A DNA stretch of 55,597 nt from an uncultured Oscillospiraceae bacterium. GTDB lineage: Bacteria > Bacillota > Clostridia > Christensenellales > CAG-314. Below, in pieces: positions 18,807-29,455 of the stretch. The notes under the pieces are model-generated. The model searched no databases. It saw only the letters and a list, made by a program, of their open reading frames with translations, and was not told the DNA's origin. Every line of letters begins with the position of its first letter. Within the stretch, counting starts at the first letter, position 1. The position numbers were made by a program, and so were the translations under genes. The stretch covers positions 1 to 55,597 of the forward strand of contig CAZDLE010000003.1 in NCBI GenBank assembly GCA_964506035.1. Direction: 5' to 3'.

Positions 18807-20834
18807 GTGCTTAATTTAACAATAAAAAAACTTAATATCAACATTGACGACGGATGTGCCACAATAGGCGGATTTCCCTTTGTGGAAGTACAAATAAGTG
18901 GCGACGACAAAGATAGTCATCTTGGCGCAAAAATGATCCATTCGTCGGAAAGTCGTCAGCTAAAATACGTTGCGCATAACTTTGAAGACGGAAAACTAAC
19001 AATAGTGCAACGTTCCAACAGCTTGGAAGCAACAACAACCTTTACTTTTGGCAAATACAATGGTTATGCTGTAAACACTGCTTACAAAAACATTTCCAAC
19101 GAGCCACTTGTTTTAGAGGAGGCATCTGCATTTGTTTTGGGTGGTTTTGCCAACGTAACATTTGCTGATAAAATAGATTTGTACACATTTGCTCAAAGCC
19201 ATCATCAGGAGTGTCAACCGCAAGTACAATCCCTTGCACAATATGGTTTTTGTGCAGATTTGCCAGTAAGTCAACATCGTATTGCATTTGCCAACGTTGG
19301 CAGTTGGTCTACCAAGGAATTTTTACCACAAGGCATTTTGAATATCTGTGGAACTTGGTTGATGTTCCAAATCGAATCTAACAACAGTTGGTACTACGAA
19401 ATTAGCGAAGATAACGGTGCTTTCTACCTGTATCTTGGGGGTAAAAACCTTGCCTTCAACGGCTGGCAAAAAAAGCTGGATGTTGGTGAAAGCTACATTA
19501 CAAACACTGTTAGCGTATGCTTTGGCAATTCGTTGCAAAATGTTCTTGCCGAAATCACAAACTACCGCCGTACAATAAAAGGTGTTTGTCAAGTAGATGC
19601 CAACCTGCCTACAATTTTTAACGAATATATGCACCTTTCTTGGGATTGTCCCACGGAAGAAAATACAAAAAAACTTGCACCCACTGTAGCAAAACTTGGC
19701 GTAGAGTACTACGTTATCGATTGTGGATGGCACAACGAAGAAGACGGCAGAACAGTCTATCCATACGTTGGTCAATGGAAGCAAAGCCATGCTCGTTTTG
19801 CACATGGTGTAAGGGCAACCACCGATTTTATTCGCTCGTTGGGAATGAAAGCCGGCTTGTGGATTGAACCGGAAATTGTCGGCAAAGATTGCGCAGAAAT
19901 GCTTGCCTACTACGACGACGATTGTTTTATTCGTCGCAACGGCAAGCGTGTGTGTGTTATGGGACGTTACTTTTTGGATTTCCGCAATGCAAAAGTTATA
20001 GACTACATGAGCGAAACAATTCGTCGCATGGTAGAAGACTACGGTGCAGACTATATCAAAGCCGACTATAACGAAGATTTGGGCGTCGGCACGGACGTAG
20101 ATAGCGATTCCTTTGGCGAAGGTTTGGAACAATGCGCACAGGCATATCTAAACTGGATGGACGATATGCGTCGTCGTTTTCCACAGGTGCTGTTTGAAAC
20201 ATGTAGTTCTGGTGGTATGCGTATGGACTATCAAACGCTAAAACACTTTTCTATCGTGTCCACTTCCGACCAAACTCACTACGACAAATACCCGTATATC
20301 GCAGGTAATGTGCTTTCTGCAGTGCTTCCCGAACAAGCAGCAGTGTGGAGTTATCCGGTAGGTAGTGATTACGTTATCAACGGTGTTTTTCAGCCTGATG
20401 ACGAGTGGATCAAAAACAACGTTTCCAACGAACAAGTTGTACTAAACATGATCAACTCATTTTTGGGACGTATGCACTTGGCAAGTCACTTAGAAATGCT
20501 CACAGCAAAACAATTGTCTCTTGTAAAAGAAGGAATTGTGTGCTATAATTGTTTGTCGAAAGTCAAAAATACCGCTTTGCCATATTTTCCTAATGGGTTT
20601 GCTCGCTTTGGCGATTCCTTTGTTGCAAGCGGTTTTATTGCAGAAGGCAAAAAATATCTTGCCGTTTGGAATTTGTCAGATGATCAATTTGCACGAACGA
20701 TAAATGTTGGCGACGTTTCTTCTATAGAGTGTATCTACCCAAAAGATAACCGACTAAACTTCAATTTGAACAACGGACAACTTACTATACATTTTACACA
20801 AAAAAATCAAGCAAGGTTTTTCCTACTGAAATAA
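18807..20834 (+). CDS. GH36 alpha-galactosidase (cytoplasmic)
   Basis: The start is GTG behind the RBS AGGAG. Motifs are YYVIDCGWH, IKADYNEDLG and FETCSSGGMRMDY (the GH36 nucleophile and acid/base regions). Confidence 0.7.
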   Translation: MLNLTIKKLNINIDDGCATIGGFPFVEVQISGDDKDSHLGAKMIHSSESRQLKYVAHNFEDGKLTIVQRSNSLEATTTFTFGKYNGYAVNTAYKNISNEPLVLEEASAFVLGGFANVTFADKIDLYTFAQSHHQECQPQVQSLAQYGFCADLPVSQHRIAFANVGSWSTKEFLPQGILNICGTWLMFQIESNNSWYYEISEDNGAFYLYLGGKNLAFNGWQKKLDVGESYITNTVSVCFGNSLQNVLAEITNYRRTIKGVCQVDANLPTIFNEYMHLSWDCPTEENTKKLAPTVAKLGVEYYVIDCGWHNEEDGRTVYPYVGQWKQSHARFAHGVRATTDFIRSLGMKAGLWIEPEIVGKDCAEMLAYYDDDCFIRRNGKRVCVMGRYFLDFRNAKVIDYMSETIRRMVEDYGADYIKADYNEDLGVGTDVDSDSFGEGLEQCAQAYLNWMDDMRRRFPQVLFETCSSGGMRMDYQTLKHFSIVSTSDQTHYDKYPYIAGNVLSAVLPEQAAVWSYPVGSDYVINGVFQPDDEWIKNNVSNEQVVLNMINSFLGRMHLASHLEMLTAKQLSLVKEGIVCYNCLSKVKNTALPYFPNGFARFGDSFVASGFIAEGKKYLAVWNLSDDQFARTINVGDVSSIECIYPKDNRLNFNLNNGQLTIHFTQKNQARFFLLK

Positions 20835-20889
20835 TCTTTACAAACCAAATATTCAAGGTGGCAACGGCCAAATCGTTGCGTGACTAACT

Positions 20890-22203
20890 ATGAACACAAA
20901 CTATTTTCTTGCAATCGACATTGGCGCGTCCAGTGGACGGCATATCGTAGGCTATCGTCAAAACGGACAAATAAAGTTGGACGAAGTGTATCGCTTTTCC
21001 AACGGAATGAAACGTACGGCAGATGGTCTAATTTGGGATGTTAACGAGATTTTCTCTCATATCAAACAGGGTATCAAGTGCGCATTTCAAAAGTATAATG
21101 AAATCCAAAGTGTTGCAATCGACACTTGGGGTGTGGACTACGTTTTACTAAAAGGCGACCAACTTGTTTTGCCTTGCCGAGCATATCGCAACGAACGCAC
21201 GTTGGACGTTATTGACCAAGTACATTCCATTGTGCCGTTTGAGCAACTATACGCAAAGACGGGCATACAGTTCCAAACATTCAACACAATTTATCAACTG
21301 TTTGACGACAACAAACACGGCAGATTGGATGGCGTAACGGACTTTTTGCTTATGCCGGAATTTTTCTCTTACATGCTAACGGGTGTTAAAAAGCACGAGC
21401 ATACCAACGCTAGCACTGGTGGTATGGTAAACGTCACAACAAAGCAGTATGATTTTGAAATTATCGACCGTCTTGGTCTTCCACGCAACATTTTCCACAC
21501 GTTAGATATGCCACAAGCGGTTGTTGGACAGTTAAAAGACGATATTGCCAACGAAGTTGGCGGTCAAACAACGGTTGTTTTGTGCGCTTCTCACGATACC
21601 GCAAGTGCCTACGAAGCAATAGACTGTGATGCCGATTCGGTAGTGCTTTCTTCCGGAACGTGGTCGCTTATCGGTGCAAAATTGCCTTCAGCCGATACCT
21701 CCTCGCAAAGTCGTGCAAACAACTTTAGTAACGAAGGCGGTGTTGGTTACTTCCGCTATCTCAAAAATATTATGGGAATGTGGCTAATCAACGAAGTGCA
21801 ACGCAAAAAAACAATTAGCTTTGCAGAAATCGTTGCTTTGGCGGAGCAAAGTTCCTATACGGAAATTTTCGACGTAAACGACGAAAGCTTGCTTTCCCCT
21901 GCCGATATGCAAAGTGCAATTTGCAATCTACTAAAACACAATCCACCGCAAAACGACGGCGATTTGTATGCAAGTATCTATCGCAGTCTTGCAGTTAGCT
22001 ATGGCAACGCAGTAAGCGAAATGGAACAAACACTTGGCAGAAAGTTTAACAAAATTTATATTGTCGGTGGCGGTGCAAAAAATCAATTTCTTAACAAACT
22101 TACCCAACAATACACAGGCAAACAGGTTGTTGCTTTACCTATCGAAGCAACCGCAATAGGAAATTTACTGGTGCAAATGCGCCGTTTGGAGAATAAAAAC
22201 TAA
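20890..22203 (+). CDS. rhaB: Rhamnulokinase (FGGY family)
   Basis: Motifs are LAIDIGASSGRHIVG and AIDTWGVDYVLL, with a C-terminal IVGGGAKNQFLN. It lies directly upstream of rhaA and rhaD. Confidence 0.8.
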   Translation: MNTNYFLAIDIGASSGRHIVGYRQNGQIKLDEVYRFSNGMKRTADGLIWDVNEIFSHIKQGIKCAFQKYNEIQSVAIDTWGVDYVLLKGDQLVLPCRAYRNERTLDVIDQVHSIVPFEQLYAKTGIQFQTFNTIYQLFDDNKHGRLDGVTDFLLMPEFFSYMLTGVKKHEHTNASTGGMVNVTTKQYDFEIIDRLGLPRNIFHTLDMPQAVVGQLKDDIANEVGGQTTVVLCASHDTASAYEAIDCDADSVVLSSGTWSLIGAKLPSADTSSQSRANNFSNEGGVGYFRYLKNIMGMWLINEVQRKKTISFAEIVALAEQSSYTEIFDVNDESLLSPADMQSAICNLLKHNPPQNDGDLYASIYRSLAVSYGNAVSEMEQTLGRKFNKIYIVGGGAKNQFLNKLTQQYTGKQVVALPIEATAIGNLLVQMRRLENKN

Positions 22204-22240
22204 TCAATTTGCCTTTATACGGCAGAACAAAAGGAGAATT

Positions 22241-23479
22241 ATGAACAGATATCAAATTGCAAAACAGGCTTATGCATCCATCGGCGTAGATACCGACAAA
22301 GCAATTGAAACACTCAAAAACGTTACCGTATCGGTACATTGCTGGCAAGGCGACGACGTTGTTGGCTTCGATAGTAAACAATCGTTGTCCGGCGGAATTC
22401 AAACAACAGGTAACTACCCTGGCAAGGCAACCACACCCGAACAACTTATGGCAGACCTTGACAAGGCGTTCAGCCTTATTCCAGGTAAGAAAAAACTCAA
22501 CCTTCACGCAAGCTACGCAATTTTTGCCGATGGCGAAGCAGTTGGTAGAGACCAAATTGAGCCAAAACACTTTGCAAAATGGGTAGAATATGCCAAAGCA
22601 CGTAACATGGGTATCGACTTTAACCCAACATTCTTTGCACACCCCATGGTAAAGGATAACCTTACGTTGTCCAGCCCGGACGAACAAGTACGTGCTTATT
22701 GGGTACGTCATGGCAAACAATGTATTAAAATTGCCGAATACTTTGCAAACGAAACCGGTGTTCCTTGCGTAATCAACTTTTGGATTCCCGACGGTTACAA
22801 AGATATCCCTGCCGATAGACTTTCTCCACGTGCAAGATACAAGCAAAGCATGGACGAAATTTTGGCTGAACCGTACGACAAGTCGAAAGTGTTTGTAACT
22901 TTGGAAAGTAAGGTATTTGGTATTGGTTTGGAAAGTTACACAGTTGGCAGTGCAGAGTTTTGTTTGTCCTATGCCGACTATAAAGGAATCACTCCTTTGA
23001 TGGACAACGGACACTACCATCCAACTGAACTTGTATCGGACAAAATCAGTGCATTACTTTTGTTTAACGACCATATCGCATTGCATATCACCCGTGGTGT
23101 GCGTTGGGATAGCGACCACGTTATTTTGTTGGACGACGAAACAAAGGAAATTGCCAAGGAAATTGTTCGCAACGACGCTTTGGACAGAGTGTTTATTGCA
23201 ACCGACTACTTCGATGCAAGTATCAACCGTATTTCCGCTTGGGTAACTGGCGTTCGCAACGTGCACAAAGCATTGCTCAACGCATTGTTGCAACCAATCG
23301 CCCAACTAAAGCAACTTCAAAAGGACAACAGCTTTACAAAACTTATGGTTTTGCAAGAAGAGCTAAAAACAATGGACTTTGGCGCAGTTTGGCAACAATA
23401 TTTGGCGCAATGCAACATTGTCGAAGACTACTACACCGAAGTTGCTCGCTACGAAACGGAAGTTTTGTCTAAACGTTAA
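22241..23479 (+). CDS. rhaA: L-rhamnose isomerase
   Basis: The RBS is AAGGAGA. The protein is 412 aa, and the HCWQGDDVVGF and DNGHYHP motifs are characteristic of RhaA. Confidence 0.85.
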   Translation: MNRYQIAKQAYASIGVDTDKAIETLKNVTVSVHCWQGDDVVGFDSKQSLSGGIQTTGNYPGKATTPEQLMADLDKAFSLIPGKKKLNLHASYAIFADGEAVGRDQIEPKHFAKWVEYAKARNMGIDFNPTFFAHPMVKDNLTLSSPDEQVRAYWVRHGKQCIKIAEYFANETGVPCVINFWIPDGYKDIPADRLSPRARYKQSMDEILAEPYDKSKVFVTLESKVFGIGLESYTVGSAEFCLSYADYKGITPLMDNGHYHPTELVSDKISALLLFNDHIALHITRGVRWDSDHVILLDDETKEIAKEIVRNDALDRVFIATDYFDASINRISAWVTGVRNVHKALLNALLQPIAQLKQLQKDNSFTKLMVLQEELKTMDFGAVWQQYLAQCNIVEDYYTEVARYETEVLSKR

Positions 23480-23676
23480 TATACAATCCAACAAAAATAT
23501 CGAAAAACAAGCAACAACATTGCAAATTTTCGAACAATCAATTTATTTTTTTAGATTCTTTTTAAGAATCGGCGTTAGAAAGAGTTTTGTAGATAGAAAA
23601 AGTTATAATCCGTATGGGTCGAATCATCCATTCGTAGAATGCAACGTGTATTTAGTTGCAATAAGGAGTTTGTACT

Positions 23677-24492
23677 ATGAAAAACATTTTAGAAGCTAAT
23701 TTTATTGTAGAGATGTGCGACGTTACAGCTAATATGTACCGCCAAGGTTGGGACGAACGCAACGGCGGTAACGTTTCCGTAATGTTAGAACTGGAGCAAG
23801 TTGCCGAGTATTTAGACGTAACAAAAGTGTTGCGCACTCTTCCGCTCAACTTTACTGCAGATCCTATTCTCAAAGGCAAGTATTTCTTGTTTACAGGCAC
23901 AGGCAAATATTTCAAAAACGTTATCAAGGATCCCGAAACAAACCTTGGCATTATTCGTATTACCGACGATTGCCAAAATGCAGAGGTGCTTTGGGGGTGG
24001 AAAGACGGTGGTAAATTTACCAGCGAATGTCCTGCGCATCTTATGACACACGCAACTCGTCTAAAAAAAGATCCCGCACACCGAATTGTTATGCACACCC
24101 ATCCAACCTACACAATGTGCATGTCGGCAGTAGTACCCGTTGGCGACCGCGAATTCACAGAAAAATTGTGGCGTAGTAACACCGAAGCAATCGTGGTTTT
24201 TCCCGACGGTGTTGGCGTTTTGCCTTGCATGCTGTGTGGCACTAACGAAATTGGTATTGCCACTGCAGAAAAGATGAACGACTACCGTCTTGTTGTGTGG
24301 ACAAACCACGGTATCTACGGAACCGGTAAAGATATCGACGAAACCTTTGGCCTTATCGAAACAGTGGAAAAAACCGCTCAAGTGTACATGCTTACTCTCG
24401 GCCACGTTGTAAACGTAATTCCCGACGAAGTTTTGCAAGGACTTGTGGACCTTTGGGATCTAAAACCATTGGACGGCATTTTGAACAAGTAA
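23677..24492 (+). CDS. rhaD: Rhamnulose-1-phosphate aldolase (class II)
   Basis: The RBS is AAGGAG. The protein is 271 aa, with the motif GWDERNGGNVS and a His-rich metal site (MHTHP). Confidence 0.8.
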   Translation: MKNILEANFIVEMCDVTANMYRQGWDERNGGNVSVMLELEQVAEYLDVTKVLRTLPLNFTADPILKGKYFLFTGTGKYFKNVIKDPETNLGIIRITDDCQNAEVLWGWKDGGKFTSECPAHLMTHATRLKKDPAHRIVMHTHPTYTMCMSAVVPVGDREFTEKLWRSNTEAIVVFPDGVGVLPCMLCGTNEIGIATAEKMNDYRLVVWTNHGIYGTGKDIDETFGLIETVEKTAQVYMLTLGHVVNVIPDEVLQGLVDLWDLKPLDGILNK

Positions 24493-24522
24493 CCAACAAA
24501 ATAGTAAATTTCCGACACGCTT

Positions 24523-24620
24523 TTGCCGTTTGGAAGTTTATTAAGAATATTTATTTTTGCAGTTTTGTGAAACGGCATTATTTGTTTTGGGTAAAATCCC
24601 CAGCTTATTGTGCCGTTTTA
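24523..24620 (+). promoter_or_regulatory. Three mutually complementary segments between rhaD and GH3: TTGCCGTTT (24523-24531), TGAAACGGCA (24568-24577) and TGCCGTTTTA (24611-24620)
   Basis: The middle segment can pair with either flank. The 2:3 helix (10 bp) is followed by the T-rich stretch TAAAATTCTTTCTAATTTCTC. This layout resembles an attenuator, but the mechanism is unknown. Confidence 0.3.
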
Positions 24621-24678
24621 TAAAATTCTTTCTAATTTCTCAATAAAACAGATAAAAATCACAAGGATTTTAACTAAA

Positions 24679-26889
24679 ATGAACAACAAAAATCGTAAGC
24701 GTGCCAAAGAAATTGTAAGCAAACTTACACTAAAGGAAAAAATCGGCCAAATATCTCAAATTGTTGCCGGGTACGACTGCTACACCATAAACAATGGCGA
24801 AGTGAAGTTTTCTCAACAGTTTATTGATACTGTAAAAGAGTATGGTGCAATCGGCGCAATAAGTGGTCTGCTTCGTGCTGATCCGTGGACTGGTCGCAAC
24901 TATCAAAACGGCATTACCGCTCAACTTCGCGGAAAGGTTGCCAATGCTTTGCAACGTTACATGGAGGAGAACACTAACTCCAAAATCCCAACCCTAATCG
25001 AAATTGAAGCATCACACGGTTTACAAGCGTTAGACAGCGTAACCTATCCAACAGGGCTTGCGTGTTCTGCGTCTTTCAACTGCGATTTGTACGAAAATTT
25101 GATGCAACAAGTAGGTAAGGAAATGGAACTTTCCGGTAATCACGTTGCATTTTTAACGTTAATCGACCTTGCACGCGATCCGCGTTGGGGACGTAGCGAA
25201 GAGTGTCTTGGTGAAGATCCCTTTCTTGGATCAAAAATGGCTGCGGCAGCTATTCGCGGAATGAAGAAAAACAACGTTCTTGCCTGCGCAAAACACTTTT
25301 TAGGCGCGGGCGCGTGCGAAAGTGGTGTCAATTCTGCAGAGTTGCACCTTGGCAACCGCGAAATCAACGACGTTGCGCTTGCAACGGCAAAATCCTGTGT
25401 TGATGCCGGTTGCGACATGATTATGGTGGCATACAACAGTATTGACGGTACGTTGGTGCATATCGACAAAAACTTACTCACAAACGTCTTGCGCGATAAA
25501 CTTGGCTTTGATGGTATTGTAATTTCCGATGGCAATGGTGCACGTTCTGTTTCCGGTAATTTGGAAATCAGTCAACAAGATGCGGCTATCTTGTGCATAA
25601 AAGCAGGTGTAGACTTAAGTCTGCAGGACGAAGGTTGTTTTGTCCAACTGGAAGATGCCGTTCAAGCGGGACTTTTGGATGTTGCCTATATCGACCGCGC
25701 TTGTGTGCGTGTTGTTGAAAAGAAGCTGGAAATGGGTTTGTTCGAAAATAGATATGTTGAGGAAGATGCTTTTTGCCAATTCAAAGCTGACGCTCATTGC
25801 GAACAAATTGCTAAACAAATGGCGGACGAAAGTATCACTCTGCTGAAAAATGACGGAGTTTTACCCCTTTCAAAACATACAAAAGTGGTGGTTGTTGGCG
25901 AAAATGCCAACGATATTTACCACGTGTTGGGCGATTACACATCCTACAAACTGCCTCACGAAGGCGCAACTCTTGCAAACGCAGTTGCAAAAACCTTTGA
26001 TAACGCAACTTTTGTTAAAGGTTGGGATTTTAATAACGGTATCGAAAATGTCGATACAGTAATGGAAGCGTGCAGTCAAGCGGACGTTATCTTGTTTTCC
26101 GCAGGCGGTACAAGCAAGCGCGACTTTGATACAAAGTTTTTAGATAATGGTGCGTTAGCATCCAGTTGCAACTTTATGGATTGTGGCGAAGGTGCCGATC
26201 TTGCCGATTTGCAACTACCGCAGTGTCAAATCGAGTTGCTAAAAGCACTCAAAACGCTTGGTAAACCCATCGTTACCGTTGTTGCTATGGGTAGAGCATA
26301 TCTGCTAAAACCGTTTGCTGAAATTAGCAATGCACTTTTAGTAAGTTGGTATTGTGGTCAGGAAGGCGGTTCTTCCGTTGCTGATATTTTGGTAGGCAAT
26401 GTAAATCCGTCTGGCAAGTTGCCTATAACGTTGCCAGCGTCGGCAGGGGTGTTACCCGTTTGCCACGATTTGTACGAAAAACCACATCGTTACCGCGATT
26501 GCAAACAACCTGTATTTTTGCCCTTTGGCTATGGATTGTCCTATTCGCAATTTGACTATTCAGATTTAACGTGTATTGCTACAGATAGCGGTTTGACGGT
26601 AAGGTTTACCGTGCAAAACCTTTCGCAAGTGGCAGGCAAGGAAGTAGTGCAGTTGTACGTAACACCGTCGGGCGACGCACACCGCATGCGTGTAAATCAA
26701 CTAAAGGCATTTAGTAAAATTTTGTTGCAACCTAACCAAAAACAGCAGGTTGCGTTTGATGTTTCCTATGCTCAATTAGGATTTGCTCAACCCATTGCAC
26801 CTAACGTTACAATTACCATTGGTCCAAGTGGTTACGAAAAATTTCCGCCACAAAAAATTTATTTAGACGTAAACAAGGTGAAAGTATGA
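24679..26889 (+). CDS. GH3 beta-glucosidase/beta-xylosidase-type exo-glycosidase (cytoplasmic)
   Basis: The start was moved to ATG 24679 (MNNKNRKRAKEIVSKLTLKEKIGQ, the typical GH3 N-terminus). Motifs include KHFLGAG and GFDGIVISDGNG (nucleophile Asp region), and a C-terminal FnIII-like domain is present. The stop overlaps the next ATG (ATGA at 26886). Confidence 0.75.
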   Translation: MNNKNRKRAKEIVSKLTLKEKIGQISQIVAGYDCYTINNGEVKFSQQFIDTVKEYGAIGAISGLLRADPWTGRNYQNGITAQLRGKVANALQRYMEENTNSKIPTLIEIEASHGLQALDSVTYPTGLACSASFNCDLYENLMQQVGKEMELSGNHVAFLTLIDLARDPRWGRSEECLGEDPFLGSKMAAAAIRGMKKNNVLACAKHFLGAGACESGVNSAELHLGNREINDVALATAKSCVDAGCDMIMVAYNSIDGTLVHIDKNLLTNVLRDKLGFDGIVISDGNGARSVSGNLEISQQDAAILCIKAGVDLSLQDEGCFVQLEDAVQAGLLDVAYIDRACVRVVEKKLEMGLFENRYVEEDAFCQFKADAHCEQIAKQMADESITLLKNDGVLPLSKHTKVVVVGENANDIYHVLGDYTSYKLPHEGATLANAVAKTFDNATFVKGWDFNNGIENVDTVMEACSQADVILFSAGGTSKRDFDTKFLDNGALASSCNFMDCGEGADLADLQLPQCQIELLKALKTLGKPIVTVVAMGRAYLLKPFAEISNALLVSWYCGQEGGSSVADILVGNVNPSGKLPITLPASAGVLPVCHDLYEKPHRYRDCKQPVFLPFGYGLSYSQFDYSDLTCIATDSGLTVRFTVQNLSQVAGKEVVQLYVTPSGDAHRMRVNQLKAFSKILLQPNQKQQVAFDVSYAQLGFAQPIAPNVTITIGPSGYEKFPPQKIYLDVNKVKV

Positions 26890-29228
26890 AATTTTCAAAA
26901 TCATTTATTTGCGCCAACCAACAAGTTGCCGATTTTGACAATCAGCTAAACGCTCCATTGTTCCGCAAAGCTTTTTCTTTAGATAAAATTCCCCAAAGTG
27001 CTGTTATAACAATTTGCGGTGCAGGATTCTACGAACTATATGTAAACGGCAAAAACGTCACCAAAGGCGCAATGAGTCCGTATATCTACAATCCTGACCA
27101 AGTTTGTTACTACGATACATATAACGTCGCAGATTGCCTGCAAACGGGCAAAAACGTTATTGGCATTATTCTCGGCAATGGATTTCGCAATGCCTACGGT
27201 GGTTTTGTATGGGATTTTCAAATGGCGGCGTGTCGTGGCGCGGTAACGTTTGCTCTTTCTTGCGAAATGGACGGTAACTGTTTTGAAAGTGATCTTTCTT
27301 TCAAAACTCATCCTTCCCCCATTTTGCGTAACGATTTGCGCATGGGGTATGCCTACGATGCCCGTTTGGAATTGCCAAACTGGAATTTGCCCAACTTTGA
27401 CGATTCTTCTTGGGATAATGCACAATTTTGCCAAAAACCGCCCCTTGGCGAACCTAAACTTTGCAATGCTCCACCTGTTTCTACAATCAAAACGCTAAAG
27501 CCCGTATCGGTAACCTTCCACGAGGAAATGCCTTTCGGGCACTATGCAGCAGTGATGGACGGACGTATTATCGAAAGTACACGTCGCAAAAATATTTATC
27601 TTTTCGACTTTGGTCAAAACTTATCCGGCGTAACGGCGTTACACGTAAAAAATGCCCGTCCGGGTCAAAAAATTACAGTACGTCACGGCGAATTGCTTGT
27701 AAATGGCGAGTTTTCCATATCCAACATTATGTTTCCTTGGGCATCGCAAGAGCGGATTGATCGCTACTTGGCATACGCCCAATGCGACGAGTTTATCTGC
27801 AAAGGCGGCGACGAAACCTTTGTGCCAAAGTTTACCTACAACGGCTTCCGCTATGCCTATGTGGAAGGGCTATTGCCCGACCAGTTAGACGATGACACGT
27901 TGACTTATCTTGTGCAAAATTCCAACGTTTGTGAGCGTGCAACTTTCAATTCTTCCAACGAAATCCTCAATTCGTTGTTCCAAATGACACGCAACAGTAC
28001 CTTGTCTAACATGGTGCATATTCCTACCGACTGCCCACATCGCGAAAAGAACGGTTGGACGGGCGACGTGTCTATATCTGCCGAGCATTTCTTGCTTAAC
28101 ACTGATTGTGTGGATTTCTTAGACGAGTGGCTGTACAGCGTAAGCAAAGCACAAACTCAGCAGGGCGATTTGCCTGCAATCATTCCAACGGGCACTTGGG
28201 GGTATGGTGCTCCATATTCCGGTCCCGTGTGGGATAGTGTTTGCGTAAACGTTCCGTACTACTTGTACAAAAACACGGGCAATGCCGACTATATCTGTAA
28301 ATATGCCGATATGATTATGCGTTATTTTGACTATTTGCAAACACGTTTGGACGATCGCGGACTTTATACCCACGGCCTTGGCGACTGGACAGATCCTTTC
28401 CGTCGTTATCGCGATGGATTCCTAACCAACGCTCCGGAAGAAGTAACGTCATCCATTGCCGTGTATGAAATTCAAACCCGTGCAGCGTTCTTGTTTGATC
28501 GTGCAGGTTTGCCTGACTTGGCGGAAAAGTGCCTTTGTTTTGCGCAAGAATTACGTCAAAATATACGCAAAAACTTTATCGACGACGATTGCTTGGTGTA
28601 TGGCGACTGTCAAACAACGCAGGCATACGCAATAACTGCAGGCATTTTCAACGACGACGAACTGCCCCGTGCAAAACAACTATTGTTAAAAATGTTGCAT
28701 CACGACAAACTGCTTACCTGCGGAATAATTGGTAGACGTGTTTTGTTCGATTTGCTTTCCGATATGGGCGAGTGGGATTTGGCACTTAACCTTGTGGTTA
28801 GCAAGGATGTTACATCCTATGGCGGTTGGGTGGACGGAAACAATACCACTCTATTGGAAAGTTTCAATCCCTATGCCACCGTGCAAGACTCCTTAAACCA
28901 CCATTTTCAAGGCGATATCAGCCGTTGGATGGTCGAACGAATTGCAGGTTTGCGACTTAATCCCACCTGTTGCGATTGCAAATCTTTCGTTATTCAACCT
29001 ACATTTCCAACGCCTATTTCCTTTGCGGAAGCATCCTACGACTATGGCAACGGCATTTTGAAGTGTTCATGGAAGCGCGATGGCAAAGATATTCAGTTGT
29101 GCGTTTCTGTTCCTGATTGTTGCCACGGCAAAGTGGTGCTACCCAACGGCTACACAGCAGATGTCGGTGATGACCTGATCGCTGGCGAACACACCTTTGT
29201 TGTCAAAAAAAATGCATTAGCCTGTTAA
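26886..29228 (+). CDS. GH78 alpha-L-rhamnosidase, second paralog (cytoplasmic)
   Basis: The motif is IPTDCPHREKNGWTGDV. The protein is 780 aa with no signal peptide and is translationally coupled to GH3. Confidence 0.8.
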   Translation: MKFSKSFICANQQVADFDNQLNAPLFRKAFSLDKIPQSAVITICGAGFYELYVNGKNVTKGAMSPYIYNPDQVCYYDTYNVADCLQTGKNVIGIILGNGFRNAYGGFVWDFQMAACRGAVTFALSCEMDGNCFESDLSFKTHPSPILRNDLRMGYAYDARLELPNWNLPNFDDSSWDNAQFCQKPPLGEPKLCNAPPVSTIKTLKPVSVTFHEEMPFGHYAAVMDGRIIESTRRKNIYLFDFGQNLSGVTALHVKNARPGQKITVRHGELLVNGEFSISNIMFPWASQERIDRYLAYAQCDEFICKGGDETFVPKFTYNGFRYAYVEGLLPDQLDDDTLTYLVQNSNVCERATFNSSNEILNSLFQMTRNSTLSNMVHIPTDCPHREKNGWTGDVSISAEHFLLNTDCVDFLDEWLYSVSKAQTQQGDLPAIIPTGTWGYGAPYSGPVWDSVCVNVPYYLYKNTGNADYICKYADMIMRYFDYLQTRLDDRGLYTHGLGDWTDPFRRYRDGFLTNAPEEVTSSIAVYEIQTRAAFLFDRAGLPDLAEKCLCFAQELRQNIRKNFIDDDCLVYGDCQTTQAYAITAGIFNDDELPRAKQLLLKMLHHDKLLTCGIIGRRVLFDLLSDMGEWDLALNLVVSKDVTSYGGWVDGNNTTLLESFNPYATVQDSLNHHFQGDISRWMVERIAGLRLNPTCCDCKSFVIQPTFPTPISFAEASYDYGNGILKCSWKRDGKDIQLCVSVPDCCHGKVVLPNGYTADVGDDLIAGEHTFVVKKNALAC

Positions 29229-29455
29229 CAAATAGCTTATAGATTTACGCACACAAATAATAAACTTAAAAGGTTGCAAATCTATTTTGGAAGTGGTTTG
29301 TAGGCTTGTTTGTACAAACAATAGTCAACAAAATCAATGATTTAAGCACTAAAATATAGCGAAAAACAGGTGTATTTTTGCCCCATATTTTTCTAAATTT
29401 TTGACAAATTATCCCTTAAAACGCCTGTAATACTACGAAAAAACACAAAAATAAA

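Noticed and set aside
29306-29321. A perfect 16-nt palindrome, TTGTTTGTACAAACAA, downstream of the second GH78
   Set aside because: It is isolated, A/T-rich and has no T-tail. It recurs nowhere else in the window, so it could not be linked to any function.
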